Notes under the pieces: generated by a model
What the model was told of the DNA's origin: nothing
Database searches by the model: none
The model's input: only the letters and a program-made list of their open reading frames with translations
Position numbers and translations under genes: made by a program
Part shown: one piece after another, positions 18,076-28,437 of the stretch
Layout: every line of letters starts with the position of its first letter
Numbering within the stretch: the stretch's first letter is position 1
From: Alkalispirochaeta sp.
GTDB lineage: Bacteria; Spirochaetota; Spirochaetia; DSM-27196; Alkalispirochaetaceae
Assembly: GCA_965601925.1 (NCBI GenBank)
Contig: OZ271854.1
Location: 1,088,001-1,152,000, forward strand
Reading direction: 5' to 3'
DNA length: 64,000 nt

Positions 18076-18954
18076 ATGGTCCGCGGAGTGTTCCTGTGCG
18101 TTGCAACCGGCGCGGTGTGGACGGCCATCGCGGTCCTCTACCGCTCCGTCGCCGGCGACCACAAGACGATCGTCGGCTTTCACCTCGTCGCCAAGGTGCT
18201 GGGATTTTGCGTCAGTTGGAGCCTCTTCGTGCGCTGGAACGCCATTGACACGGGGTATTGGCGCGAGCAGGCGCCGATGCTCGGCATCATCTATATCGGG
18301 GCGTCGATCGGCGCGATCTATCCCTTTTTCATGTCCCGCGCGATGCGTCTCGGCGGCAGCGGTATCTCGTGGGCGGTGGGCCAGGCGGCGATGGTCGTCC
18401 CGCTCCTTGTTGCAATCATCGTGTGGGGTGAGGCGGTGACGCCTGCGCGGACGGTCGGCTTTTTCGCGATCCTCGCAATGGTGACCGCCCTGGGTGCCGG
18501 CGACTCCACCGGCCGGCGCGAAGGGACGTGGTACTCGATGATGGCCCTCACCTTTCTCTTAATCGGCACCTCGCAAGCGCTCGTCTCGATTCCCTCCCAT
18601 ACGGAGGCGTGGATCGACGGTGCCAATATTCGCGTAGCGACGGTGAGCACCGCGGCGCTTGCGGTGTACATCGTTCTCGGCGTCGCCGTCGGCCCGCACT
18701 TTTCCCCCCGCACCGTGGTGTTAGGGGGCGTGCACGCCCTGTTGGCGCCGTTGAGCCACCAACTGAGCTTTTCGGCGATGGACGTCTTGGGTACATTCGG
18801 AATGGTGGGGTTCTTTTTTCCGATCGCGATCGGCGTGTCGATGGTCGGGGTGGCGGCGTTCGGCATCGTGAGCGGCGACGAGCGCGCGACACCCCGAGCC
18901 ATCGTCGGTCTCGCCGTCGGCATCCTCGGCATCTTTTTGGTGTCGGTGGGATGA
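18076..18954 (+). CDS. EamA/DMT-like membrane transporter
   Basis: ~10 hydrophobic segments in two repeats; 'IIVWGEAVTPARTVG' is typical of DMT proteins. Confidence 0.65.
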   Translation: MVRGVFLCVATGAVWTAIAVLYRSVAGDHKTIVGFHLVAKVLGFCVSWSLFVRWNAIDTGYWREQAPMLGIIYIGASIGAIYPFFMSRAMRLGGSGISWAVGQAAMVVPLLVAIIVWGEAVTPARTVGFFAILAMVTALGAGDSTGRREGTWYSMMALTFLLIGTSQALVSIPSHTEAWIDGANIRVATVSTAALAVYIVLGVAVGPHFSPRTVVLGGVHALLAPLSHQLSFSAMDVLGTFGMVGFFFPIAIGVSMVGVAAFGIVSGDERATPRAIVGLAVGILGIFLVSVG

Positions 18955-19206
18955 GGAGAACGTCACGGTTGAACCCGGGGTGAGTGACAATCCGCGGAGG
19001 ACTGGATTCCATTGTACCGAGGAAAACGTGATCTGCGGCGGTGCGGCCGTCTCCTGGTTACAGGCTGTGCGCCGCGTCGACGCAACCGCGGAGTTCGAAC
19101 GGGCCGATCAGACCAACGGGGCCAGTCGGATGACCGTGAAGAGTTCGCCGAGTGTTTCTTGCTCCGACAGTTTGGTCACCGCCGGCGATTCGAGAAGATA
19201 CACCGC

Positions 19207-20820
19207 TCAAGCCGTACGTTCCGCCGATTCCTTCAGTACGTCCGGATACCATTGTGCGAAGTAGTTAAGCACGTGCTCCGGCGACTCGGGAGAACACCGG
19301 ACCGCGATATAGTTGTCGGGTCTCACTAACAGCAGAGTAGGTTGTACAAACCCATATCGTTTGTGCGCCACGCTATCCAAATCATGAAAGAGGTTAGCAG
19401 CACGATAGTGACTCGCAGGTGCCGACGAAACGATGAACTTCAGACAGCTCTGTAGGATTGGATGATCAAAGACGGCCGGGCTCGATCCCTCGCGTCCCGC
19501 ATCGAAGAAAATCACCTTCCATCGGGGAACGCAGAGCTCTCGGAAAAGGGAGACCTCTTCGCGATCCGTACCACGTTGAACGTCGGCGTCGGCAACCCGC
19601 TCCCCCGCTCGAACACCCTTTCTGCCAAGCGTTTCCAGGGTCAGAGGACTTCGATTGTACGCTAAGCCGAGCTGACTGAAGGCTTTCGCGAGCTTGGGCC
19701 AAATCCTGTCCATGATCCAGTTCCCGTACCGTCTGAGGATCAAACGATTCAGCGTAGGCGCCGGTAGCGTGAACTTGAGCGTATTGATCTGAACTTTTTC
19801 CAACGCCAGTCGGTTTGCCCGACGCTCAGCATCGTAGGTCTTCAGAAGCGCCGGCGTTGCCTTCCCCCTCACGGTATCATGCAGCTTCCACGCGAGATTG
19901 AGGGCGTCCTGTATTCCAACATTCAACCCTTGGCCCCCATTGGGTAAAATCGGATTGCAGGCATCTCCGGCGAGGATAACGCGACCGTCGACCATCGACG
20001 GGGCTACGCCGGTAAGGAGCTCGCCGTGACTGACCCACGTTTCGTCCGTCAAGGTTGCAGTCGGATCACCGCTCATCTCCCTGAGCCGATCCTGCATCTC
20101 ATGCAACGTGGGCTCGCGCTCCGGCAAGCGTCCTTTCTCTTCGAAGACCATGACCTTCGTTACGTCGTTCGGCAGATGAATGACCGCACCGAACCCTTCC
20201 GGATAGTAGTACAACCACATTTGTTTCATCGTCCGAAGGCCGGTCCATTGAAGCTTTGCATCTACCTGCCAAACATACTTTCCGGTCTTCACCGGTTCGA
20301 AATCACAATCCGAGAATCGACGGACCGTGCTTCGAGGTCCGTCGCACCCAACTACATACTTGAAGCGTGTTCTCTTCGTTTCGCCGGAGTGCTCTATCAA
20401 AGCCGTGACACCGCGCTCATCCTGCGACAACGACGCGAGTCGGTGCCCAAAGAGGACATCTGCTCCGCGGTCCGGCAAGTATTCACGGAGATTCCGGTCA
20501 ATTCGATCTTGTCCCAAAAAAATGACGTTCGGATGCGGACTCTCGTTGAGATGCATCTCTCGCGGTCCAACGTTCGAACCGTACATGTGGATCATGTAAC
20601 GAAGCATCACGCCGCCGGCCTCGTACATCCGATCCGTCAATCCGAAAACATCTAACTGCTCGAGCGTACCCGGCATTAAGTTCGTCGCCTTTGTGTGTAT
20701 AGAGGTCGATTCCCGAGCTTCGATGAGCGTACATGAAGTGCCGAGTCGGTGGAGGGCGTTCGCCAAAGCTAACCCTGTCGGCCCAGCGCCCACGATCAAC
20801 ACGTCGTTATCGAAATCCAT
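19207..20820 (-). CDS. FAD-dependent monooxygenase (PheA/TfdB-type aromatic hydroxylase)
   Basis: 'VLIVGAGPTGL', 'VVGCDG.RS.VR', 'LAGDA...PNGGQGLNVGIQDALNLAWKL', 'LLVRPD'. Confidence 0.92.
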   Translation of the reverse strand: MDFDNDVLIVGAGPTGLALANALHRLGTSCTLIEARESTSIHTKATNLMPGTLEQLDVFGLTDRMYEAGGVMLRYMIHMYGSNVGPREMHLNESPHPNVIFLGQDRIDRNLREYLPDRGADVLFGHRLASLSQDERGVTALIEHSGETKRTRFKYVVGCDGPRSTVRRFSDCDFEPVKTGKYVWQVDAKLQWTGLRTMKQMWLYYYPEGFGAVIHLPNDVTKVMVFEEKGRLPEREPTLHEMQDRLREMSGDPTATLTDETWVSHGELLTGVAPSMVDGRVILAGDACNPILPNGGQGLNVGIQDALNLAWKLHDTVRGKATPALLKTYDAERRANRLALEKVQINTLKFTLPAPTLNRLILRRYGNWIMDRIWPKLAKAFSQLGLAYNRSPLTLETLGRKGVRAGERVADADVQRGTDREEVSLFRELCVPRWKVIFFDAGREGSSPAVFDHPILQSCLKFIVSSAPASHYRAANLFHDLDSVAHKRYGFVQPTLLLVRPDNYIAVRCSPESPEHVLNYFAQWYPDVLKESAERTA

Positions 20821-20942
20821 GCTTATGTCCCTCGCTGTCAGCCGGTTTTTGTTCGACGCTCCCCACATGCGACGGCTACATGCGCCGAAACAACCTCTTT
20901 GCGCACCGCTGATTCATGCATGGTGGTTCTGCACTAATATTT

Positions 20943-20958
20943 TGTACTGTATAGTACA
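20943..20958. promoter_or_regulatory. probable TetR operator TGTACTGTATAGTACA
   Basis: Near-perfect 16-bp palindrome in the AT-rich divergent gap between the monooxygenase and tetR. Confidence 0.65.
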
Positions 20959-20987
20959 TTTTTTTAAGAGACAAAGCAAACGTTTCG

Positions 20988-21608
20988 ATGCAGAATGAGA
21001 GCGATATGACGCCTAAAGGGTCGGCGAGAAGAGCAGCAATTCTGGAAGCCGCGGCGGCGCTGTTTTTGGAGAACGGGTATGAACGCACTTCGCTCGACAG
21101 CATTCTCGAACGCACAGGTGGATCAAAGGCTTCGGTCTACGCCAACTTTGGGAGCAAGGCAGGTCTTTTCCGAATGGTCGTTCTCGAGCTATGCGACGAG
21201 ATGTTCGCGTCGCTCTCGGGTGGCATACCGGCCAACGAAGGACCGAAGGAAGTCCTCAACAAAGTCGCCCAACGATTCCTCAAGATACTCTGGGGATCGG
21301 ACGTCCTGGCGTTGTCGCGCATCGTGTACGCCGAAGGTGGTCGAAATCCGGAGATTGCGGATGTCTTTTTTGAAAACGGCTACGAGGAAGGTTATCGACA
21401 ACTTGCCGATTATTTGGGCCTGATATCGACCGGCTTGTCCGATGATACGTTGTTGGAGCTTTCGCGGATGTTTCTTACGATGCTCCCGGGAGACGCCTAC
21501 GACCGTCTCCTGGCCGGATGCTCGGTTCAACGAAGTCACGCAGAGCTTGAGAGGCAGATCGCTATCTCTGTCGAGTGGCTACTATGGAAGCTCGGTCGCA
21601 TCGGATAA
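20988..21608 (+). CDS. TetR/AcrR family transcriptional regulator
   Basis: 'AILEAAAALFLENGYERTSLDSILERTGGSKASVYANFGSKAGLF'; start could be 21006. Confidence 0.9.
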   Translation: MQNESDMTPKGSARRAAILEAAAALFLENGYERTSLDSILERTGGSKASVYANFGSKAGLFRMVVLELCDEMFASLSGGIPANEGPKEVLNKVAQRFLKILWGSDVLALSRIVYAEGGRNPEIADVFFENGYEEGYRQLADYLGLISTGLSDDTLLELSRMFLTMLPGDAYDRLLAGCSVQRSHAELERQIAISVEWLLWKLGRIG

Positions 21609-21737
21609 TCAACGCAGGGAGATCTGCCGTGCTACGTTTCAAACCGGCGGATGACCGGACGAACACCCCGCACGGCGCTCACCGAGCACGCAGAAGCGGA
21701 GCGCTCGTGTAACACCGTCGCCGCGTCACCGCTCCCC

Positions 21738-23339
21738 TCAATCGGAACCCGGCACGGAACCGTCAATGGCCCCGTGAACACTGTCAGGGACTCCGCGATA
21801 TCGAAAGCGGTGGAAACGGGCGTGCCCGGCGCCGTAGGCGCACAATGCAACCCGCAGGCTCAAGAAGCAGCCCAGTACGTTGTGGTGAAAACCGGACACC
21901 TCGAACCCGCGAGCAAGACGCACCGGCGCCTCGTTCTCACCCCCAGCGTAGAGGTCGATCTCGTTACAATCGTTGACCAGGCGCAGCGTGCATCGCCGTG
22001 ATGCGACCTCACGACCGATGGTGCGCCCATAGTGACTCACGGCGTAGACGGTGTCGCCGGCGTACGATACCCCGACCGCCGCGCGCTCGTTGTAGTACAG
22101 CAGAAGCGCGGCCTCGCAGCTCTCGCTCACCTCGACTTCCACCTCTACCTCGTAGGCGTGGTGGCGCGGGATCATCGCTACGGGAGACGAGGTGAGGTGT
22201 GACTCGCCGACGGCTTGCAGGGTGAGCCCGTTACCGGTAGAGAGGCGCCGGAGCGCCTCGCCGCGCCACGCGCGCCAATGGGGGCCGAGCTCGACGTGCC
22301 GGAACTCGTCGACAAACTCGGTGAAGCGCGCTTCGGGCGATGCGTTGGTCATAGTGCCGCGCGGAGCTTCGGCCTCGTAACGATCCGCTTCGATTTCGGT
22401 CGCAAGAGCGGTGGGCGCTCCAAGGGGCGTAGCGTTCCGCATGTCGTCCGGCCACGCGCCGGTGGCGGGTCCTTCGCCGGCCGCCGTACCGTCCGGAGTC
22501 GAGCCTGCGACAGGCCAGCCGTCGGCGCTCCATGTGATCGGCTCGATCAGCGTCTGGCGGCCGAGATTTCGATATTCGTCTTCGTAGGCGTGGTAGAGGC
22601 AGTACCAGCGTCCGTCGGGCCCCTCGACCAAGGAACCGTGTCCGCGGGACCGCCAGCGTTCCTCGCGCCGGGAGGTATGGATGAGCGGGTTGTACGGCGA
22701 GTCGCGCCACGGCCCGAGAGCGTCGTCGGAACGCGCTACGACGACCATGTGGCTCGTCGCCGGCCCCGCGGTGCCGCCCATCGCCGAGAGCATGTAATAG
22801 AATCGGCCTCGCCGCAGAAGCTTAGGTCCTTCCAGACACCTCCCTTCGATACGCCACGCGGGAGGAATAGACCACCCCTCGTACACGATTCGGGGCGCGC
22901 CCGTTACCGAGAGACCGTCGTCGGCGAGCGGTACGACGTTGCCGCCGGAGAGATAGAGGTAGCGCCGGCCGTCGGCGGCGACGACGTGCCCCGGATCGAT
23001 CAGCCGGACATCTAAGTCGACCGGATCGTCCCACGGCCCGTGCGGAGTCGGAGCGGTCACAACCCAATTCGTGCCCCCCGCCGGAAAGTAAATGAAGTAG
23101 CGCCCGCCGTGTTCGACAAGGTCCGGCGCCCACACCGAGCCGATGTAGCGTGTAAGGGCGTAGCCGATCGACCGCCAATGCAATAGATCGCGAGAGTGCC
23201 ACATGAGGAGTCCCGGCACGTACTCGAATGACGAGTGGGTCATGAAGTAATCGTCGCCCACTCGCAGGACCGTCGGATCGGGAAAGTCCCCGGGAACGAT
23301 CGGGTAGGGAAACTGCAGCGTATGCTCGCTCATCGTCAT
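21738..23339 (-). CDS. GH43 glycoside hydrolase (beta-xylosidase/arabinofuranosidase-like) with C-terminal beta-sandwich
   Basis: 'FPDPTVLRVGDDYF', 'WAPD', 'IDPGH', 'LEGPKL', 'GHGSLVE', 'LGRQT'; RBS GAGGAGG. Confidence 0.92.
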   Translation of the reverse strand: MTMSEHTLQFPYPIVPGDFPDPTVLRVGDDYFMTHSSFEYVPGLLMWHSRDLLHWRSIGYALTRYIGSVWAPDLVEHGGRYFIYFPAGGTNWVVTAPTPHGPWDDPVDLDVRLIDPGHVVAADGRRYLYLSGGNVVPLADDGLSVTGAPRIVYEGWSIPPAWRIEGRCLEGPKLLRRGRFYYMLSAMGGTAGPATSHMVVVARSDDALGPWRDSPYNPLIHTSRREERWRSRGHGSLVEGPDGRWYCLYHAYEDEYRNLGRQTLIEPITWSADGWPVAGSTPDGTAAGEGPATGAWPDDMRNATPLGAPTALATEIEADRYEAEAPRGTMTNASPEARFTEFVDEFRHVELGPHWRAWRGEALRRLSTGNGLTLQAVGESHLTSSPVAMIPRHHAYEVEVEVEVSESCEAALLLYYNERAAVGVSYAGDTVYAVSHYGRTIGREVASRRCTLRLVNDCNEIDLYAGGENEAPVRLARGFEVSGFHHNVLGCFLSLRVALCAYGAGHARFHRFRYRGVPDSVHGAIDGSVPGSD

Positions 23340-23403
23340 CTCTTCCTCCTCGCAGCGCGAAATCCCTTGACAGTAGAACGCCCTCAGTATACCGTAAAAT
23401 TGT

Positions 23404-23433
23404 TCCGCCAACGTATGCGATAACGTTGGCGAA
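23404..23433. promoter_or_regulatory. 30-bp LacI-type operator TCCGCCAACGTATGCGATAACGTTGGCGAA
   Basis: Second copy of the 14675 element, downstream of TTGACA (23367-23372), between divergent GH43 and cupin genes. Confidence 0.75.
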
Positions 23434-23533
23434 ATCGTAAGGAGACACTATGCGATGTACCGCACAGGTGCAACCCGTTTTCGGCATTCCTACTGCACGG
23501 GACGGGTGCCGAGGACGGCAAGGAGGCGTAACG

Positions 23534-23950
23534 ATGGGTGTGTACAAAGTCGGACGGATGGATACCGCGCTCCACGGCGAGTTTCTGGAACCGCCGCGCG
23601 ACGTCTTCGTCTATTTCACGAGCGAAGATAATGACGCTTTGGGGGCCGGGGTATGTCGCATACCTCCGGGGAGCAGCAACGCCGAGCACGCCCACGACGA
23701 CGCCGATGAGGTGATCTACGTCATTGCCGGCTCGATGCGGATCGTGTGCGACGGAGAGGAGATCCTGCTCAACCGAGCCGATGCGGTCTTCGTCGGCCGC
23801 GGTGTCGTACACCAGATCTTTAACGCCAGCCGCACCGAGGAGGTGATTCACACCTTTACCTTCAACCCGCCCCATCCCTCGGATGCAATCGGTAAGGGAT
23901 ACGGTAACGATGCAAACTTCAAAATTCACCACCCGGCGGGCGGGGCTTAG
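23534..23950 (+). CDS. cupin domain protein
   Basis: 'HAHDDADEVIYVIAG...GVVHQIFN'; RBS AGGAGG (alternative start at 23450 also has AAGGAG). Confidence 0.85.
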   Translation: MGVYKVGRMDTALHGEFLEPPRDVFVYFTSEDNDALGAGVCRIPPGSSNAEHAHDDADEVIYVIAGSMRIVCDGEEILLNRADAVFVGRGVVHQIFNASRTEEVIHTFTFNPPHPSDAIGKGYGNDANFKIHHPAGGA

Positions 23951-23958
23951 GAGAGGGT

Positions 23959-25035
23959 ATGAATACTATGGAAAGCCTGAATCGCACCGTAGAAATCGAG
24001 TCCCCGCCGTCTGAGTGGGAGCGGTTGGGAAAGGTGCTGAGTCACGGTCCCGAGGGCACCTACGACGCCCACGTAATCGGAGATCCGTGTATCGTGTGGG
24101 ACGACCGACTGGGGCGCTACCGCCTCTACTACTTCGGCCAGAACCACGACGGTGCAGCCGAAATCAACCAAACCGCTACTGCGGTCGCGATGGGAACCGA
24201 CGGGTATGGAACGGGGAGCTGGCAAAAGATCGGCTTGTTGGAATACGCAAACCGCGAGGTGATCGGGGTACAGGGCCACAAGGTTTTTGTGGTGCAGGAC
24301 GCGTTACGTCCCAACGTCGCGGCAAAGATCAACGGTGAGTACTGGCATTTCCTGGCTCACTACCGCGGCTACAACAAGGTAATCCTCCTTGCCAAGTCGG
24401 AGAGCTTGGTCGGACCGTGGGTCGTGCAGGAGGAGCCTGTGATCGACCTCGGCGGCGAAGACGAGTTCGACGGCTACAACTGCGATAGTCCGACGGCGTA
24501 CTGGTTCGAGGACCGTCAAGAAGTGCTTATCTACTACAAAGGCTATCCGCGCGTTCCGCAGCCCGACCAGCCGCACTCGCCCCTTGGATCGACGCCCGCC
24601 GCAGCGGTGATGAGGGCCGACGATCGCGTCGCGACCAAACTGGGTAAGATTCTCTCCCTGCCGGAGGTCGAGGGACATTGGGCGTCCGGCTGGATGTCGA
24701 CACCACAAATCGTGAAGGCGGCAAAGGGTGGATGGTACGGAATCGCGAACGGCAGTGTTACCACCCCCGCGCCGGTCGAAGAGGAGCCGGCAATGCGTGA
24801 GCCGATGCCGGTACGCGGCGGGTGGATGTATACGCCCGAGGAGTGGCCCGTCGCAGGATGGACCGTCTTCGATCGCCCCTTCGATTGGGTAGAGGCGGCG
24901 CTCGAGGCCGGCGAAGGTCCGAGCTTTTGGAAACACGGCTTCCTCTTCGATCCCGACGGCTCGCTTTACCTCTACTACCATTGCGGCCACTACGGCGACG
25001 AGCACTTCTTTGGTCAAAGGGCGCGATGGAGGTAA
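23959..25035 (+). CDS. putative five-bladed beta-propeller glycoside hydrolase-like protein (GH32/43/130-like)
   Basis: Repeated blade motifs 'D.HVIGDPCIV..YRLYYFG', 'EFDGYNCDSP...LIYYKG', 'LYLYYH'. Confidence 0.55.
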   Translation: MNTMESLNRTVEIESPPSEWERLGKVLSHGPEGTYDAHVIGDPCIVWDDRLGRYRLYYFGQNHDGAAEINQTATAVAMGTDGYGTGSWQKIGLLEYANREVIGVQGHKVFVVQDALRPNVAAKINGEYWHFLAHYRGYNKVILLAKSESLVGPWVVQEEPVIDLGGEDEFDGYNCDSPTAYWFEDRQEVLIYYKGYPRVPQPDQPHSPLGSTPAAAVMRADDRVATKLGKILSLPEVEGHWASGWMSTPQIVKAAKGGWYGIANGSVTTPAPVEEEPAMREPMPVRGGWMYTPEEWPVAGWTVFDRPFDWVEAALEAGEGPSFWKHGFLFDPDGSLYLYYHCGHYGDEHFFGQRARWR

Positions 25036-25120
25036 CGGCGATCTTGCCGTCCGGTGACGCGACGGGCGGACCCGCGCCGGCGTTGCGCGCTCCGGACCCT
25101 CGCACGGCGGGAGTGTACGT

Positions 25121-25936
25121 ATGATCGGGGTGCAGATCGCCGCTCCGGAGAGCGGTGTCACCGATGAATTTCGACGCCTCCTTGCCGACATACGCGGCAC
25201 CGGCGCCGAAAGTGTGGAGATCAACGTCGTCGATCCCGAGACGTTCGGCGTTGCCGACCTTGCGCACGCACTCGACGACGTCGGACTCGTAATGACTCAC
25301 TACGCGACCGGCGCCGACGCAAACCGCAACGGTCTCTCCCTCGCCGCGGAGTCCGCAGAAGCGCGACATCGCGCCGTGGAACGCTGCCGGCGGTACATCG
25401 AGGTTGCCGCTCGTTTGGGCGCCGGCATCATCATCGGGCTCCTCAAGGGCGGACCCGGAAGCGACGCGGCCGTGGCGGCGCGTTACGTGCAGGAGTCGCT
25501 CGCGGCCGTAGCCCCACATGCGCGGGGGGCGAACGTGCCGGTCTATCTGGAGGCGACCAACCACTACGAGGCGTCGGTTGCACGCACCCTCGACGAAGCG
25601 TGGGAGATTATCGCGCCGTTGGGCGAGCCGTTGCTTCAGATCCTCCCCGATACGTACCATATGAACATCGAAGAGACGAACGTGTACGCCGCGCTGGAGA
25701 GACACTTCGGTCGATACGGCAACGTTCACGTGTCGGACAATACACGCCGCTTTCCGGGATGCGGACGGATCGATTTCAAGGAGCTCCTGGGCTTCCTGGC
25801 GAGCAAGGGTTACGAGGGCGACTTCGCGATCGAGGGTGTCGTCGATGGACCGTTCCGTGACGAACTGTCAAAGGCGATGCGTTACCTCGAAGCGGTGGCG
25901 CCGACGTCGACGATCAAGCAACCAACGACGAAATAA
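25121..25936 (+). CDS. sugar phosphate isomerase/epimerase (xylose isomerase-like TIM barrel; IolO/D-tagatose 3-epimerase-like)
   Basis: 'LEATNHYE', 'DTYHMNIEE', 'VHVSDNTRRFPG.G.IDF', 'IE' metal ligands. Confidence 0.88.
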   Translation: MIGVQIAAPESGVTDEFRRLLADIRGTGAESVEINVVDPETFGVADLAHALDDVGLVMTHYATGADANRNGLSLAAESAEARHRAVERCRRYIEVAARLGAGIIIGLLKGGPGSDAAVAARYVQESLAAVAPHARGANVPVYLEATNHYEASVARTLDEAWEIIAPLGEPLLQILPDTYHMNIEETNVYAALERHFGRYGNVHVSDNTRRFPGCGRIDFKELLGFLASKGYEGDFAIEGVVDGPFRDELSKAMRYLEAVAPTSTIKQPTTK

Positions 25937-25947
25937 GGAGATACGAC

Positions 25948-26910
25948 ATGACCAAAGACCAAAAGTTTGACCGCGCCTACGGGTCACTCATCGGCCTGGC
26001 GATCGGCGACGCGTTCGGCGACCAGGGGCGATCCGATGACTTCCACGAGCGCTTCGGGTTTCAGTTGGACTTGCGTGTCGGGGGCGATTGGAGTACCGAC
26101 GACACCGAGTTTGCCCTCTTGGTCGCCAAGGAGCTCATCGACAGCGGGGGCGAGCTCACCCCCGAGGTGGTGACCGAGGCGTGGCTCGAGCACGTCGTAA
26201 CCGAGGACTATCTCAATAAGGGCGGTCCGAGCGAGCGCGGGGCGGCCTACAACGTGCGGCGCGGACTTCGACCGCCCTACTCCGGCATAGACAACGGCAA
26301 CAACGACAGCGACGGCGCGGCAATGCGGATCGCCCCGGTGGGCATCGTCTACGCCGGCGACCCGGATAAGGCGGCGAAAGTGGCCGCCGTGGACGCTGCG
26401 ATCAGCCACGCCCGCGACGGTATCTGGTCGGCCCAGGCGATCGCCGCAAGCGTCGCCGTCGCGATGACCGGGGCCGACACCGACGAGATCATCGCCACAG
26501 GCCGCCGCTTTATCCCCGACGACTCGTGGATGGGGCGCTGGTTCGACCGCGCGATGGAGATCGTCGATGAGTCCGCAGGCGACATCTGGACGGCGTGGGA
26601 TCCGCTGCATATCGATCTGCGCGCCGAGTACCGGGCATCGTCGGCCGAAGCGGTCAATCAGATGTATGCGGTGCTGAGGCTCACCGACACCGACTTTCGC
26701 AACGGGTTGGTCTACGGCGCCAACTTCGGTCGCGACGCCGATACGATCGGGGCGCTTATCGGCGCAATCGCCGGCGCACGGTGCGGCGCCGAATCGATAC
26801 CGTCGCAGTGGATCGAGAAGTGTCGCTATCCCGGCGGCAACTGCCTCAGCTTTACCAAGGGGAGCGATATCAAGGACGTCGCCGAGCAACTGGCGCGCAT
26901 CATGCGATAG
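25948..26910 (+). CDS. ADP-ribosylglycohydrolase family protein
   Basis: 'GSLIGLAIGDAFG', 'STDDT', 'DGAAMRIAP', 'GRDADTIGA'. Confidence 0.92.
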   Translation: MTKDQKFDRAYGSLIGLAIGDAFGDQGRSDDFHERFGFQLDLRVGGDWSTDDTEFALLVAKELIDSGGELTPEVVTEAWLEHVVTEDYLNKGGPSERGAAYNVRRGLRPPYSGIDNGNNDSDGAAMRIAPVGIVYAGDPDKAAKVAAVDAAISHARDGIWSAQAIAASVAVAMTGADTDEIIATGRRFIPDDSWMGRWFDRAMEIVDESAGDIWTAWDPLHIDLRAEYRASSAEAVNQMYAVLRLTDTDFRNGLVYGANFGRDADTIGALIGAIAGARCGAESIPSQWIEKCRYPGGNCLSFTKGSDIKDVAEQLARIMR

Positions 26911-26919
26911 TTCCGCCGT

Positions 26920-28383
26920 ATGTCGAACGCGGACAAGCGGCCCAATATCGTCTTTCTTCTCCCGGACCAGCAGCGGCACGACTTTTTGGGGTGCTACGGT
27001 GCACCGTTCGTGCGCACCCCCAACATCGACGGCCTGTGCACCGGCGGCACACGCTACACGCACGCCTATTCGCTGCACCCGGTGTGTGTACCGGCGCGCT
27101 GCGCCCTGTTGACGGGAATGCACGGGATGCGCACCGGGGTGTTGGAAAACGGTTCTTTTCTGCCGGCCGACCGTACCGATCTCGGGATGCGCACCTGGCC
27201 CGAGATCCTCGCCGATGCGGGCTACGATACGGCCGCGGTCGGCAAGATGCACTTTTATCCGTGGGACTCCACTCACGGGTTCGCCTATCGCGACATCGCC
27301 GAGGACAAGCGTTGGATTCATATTCAGGACGACTACGCGACCCATCTCCGAAGCAAGGGATTGCGCAAAACGCACGGGAACGAGCACGCCGAATACCACG
27401 AGCACGGGGGAGCGGTCGTATCACCCCTGTCCCATGAGGACAGCGTCGACCGCTACGTGGGTGAGGCGGCGTGTCGATACATCGCCGACCGCGAGGCGGG
27501 GCGCCCCTTTGCGCTCATGGTCGGGTTCCCGAGTCCTCACTGTCCCTACGACCCGGTGCTCGAGTTCGCCGAACGCTATGCGCCGGAGGACATGCCGCCG
27601 GCGATCGAGGACGGCCACGCCGATCTACCGCGCCTCCACGCGCGCTTCATCGAGGCACATAAGGCGCCGTGGTGCGACCTCGACTACTCGACGCTGTCGC
27701 CGAAGACGAAGGCGGTCATCCGCGCACATTACGCGGCGCTCGTGGAGCAGATCGACGTCGAAGTGGGAAGGATCATCGACGCCCTCAAGGTGTCCGGCGA
27801 GTACGACAATACGGTCATTATCTACGCGTCTGACCACGGCGATCTCCTGGGTGACCACGATATGGTCGGCAAGTCGGTCTTCTACGAGTCGAGCATCCAC
27901 GTACCGCTTATCGTCCACGAGCCGTGGCGTACCGACGCTGCCGTATGCGATCGCCTCGTGTCGCTCCACGATATCACCGCCACGATCCTCTCCTACGCGC
28001 GGTGTGAGAGACCGACGGCGTGCGACGCGCGCCCACTCCCGGGATTCGACGCCGGCGGTGCCGACGGGGACGGTGGACGCAACTACCTCGTAGGTGCGCT
28101 TTCCGACGGCTGGATGTGTTTTGACGGCCGTTATCGCCTGGCGCTGTACGGCGCGGGCGAGGCGCTCCTCTTCGACCTCGACGACGACCCGCAGGAGGTG
28201 CACAACCTCTATACGCTACGCGAGTCGGCGGAAATACGATCGAGGCTTGCGGCGCGCCTCGCCGCAGAGATGATGGACCACCTCGCGGTGCGTAACCGGA
28301 CCCTCAGGTTGCCCCCGGGACTCTCGGTCAGTGCGGAGTTCGGTCGGCGCGGGTGGCGTCGCCCCACTCCGTCCTCGCATTAG
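26920..28383 (+). CDS. sulfatase (formylglycine-type)
   Basis: 'RPNIVFLLPDQQR', CxPxR 'CVPAR', 'GKMH', 'SDHGD'. Confidence 0.92.
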   Translation: MSNADKRPNIVFLLPDQQRHDFLGCYGAPFVRTPNIDGLCTGGTRYTHAYSLHPVCVPARCALLTGMHGMRTGVLENGSFLPADRTDLGMRTWPEILADAGYDTAAVGKMHFYPWDSTHGFAYRDIAEDKRWIHIQDDYATHLRSKGLRKTHGNEHAEYHEHGGAVVSPLSHEDSVDRYVGEAACRYIADREAGRPFALMVGFPSPHCPYDPVLEFAERYAPEDMPPAIEDGHADLPRLHARFIEAHKAPWCDLDYSTLSPKTKAVIRAHYAALVEQIDVEVGRIIDALKVSGEYDNTVIIYASDHGDLLGDHDMVGKSVFYESSIHVPLIVHEPWRTDAAVCDRLVSLHDITATILSYARCERPTACDARPLPGFDAGGADGDGGRNYLVGALSDGWMCFDGRYRLALYGAGEALLFDLDDDPQEVHNLYTLRESAEIRSRLAARLAAEMMDHLAVRNRTLRLPPGLSVSAEFGRRGWRRPTPSSH

Positions 28384-28437
28384 ATAGTTGCGGCCTCGCG
28401 GTCCGACCGAGACGCGAGGCGCATAGGGAGGCTGGTC

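Noticed and set aside
25984..27405. 473-aa minus-strand ORF
   Set aside because: Antisense shadow of the ARH and sulfatase genes; common in high-GC DNA.
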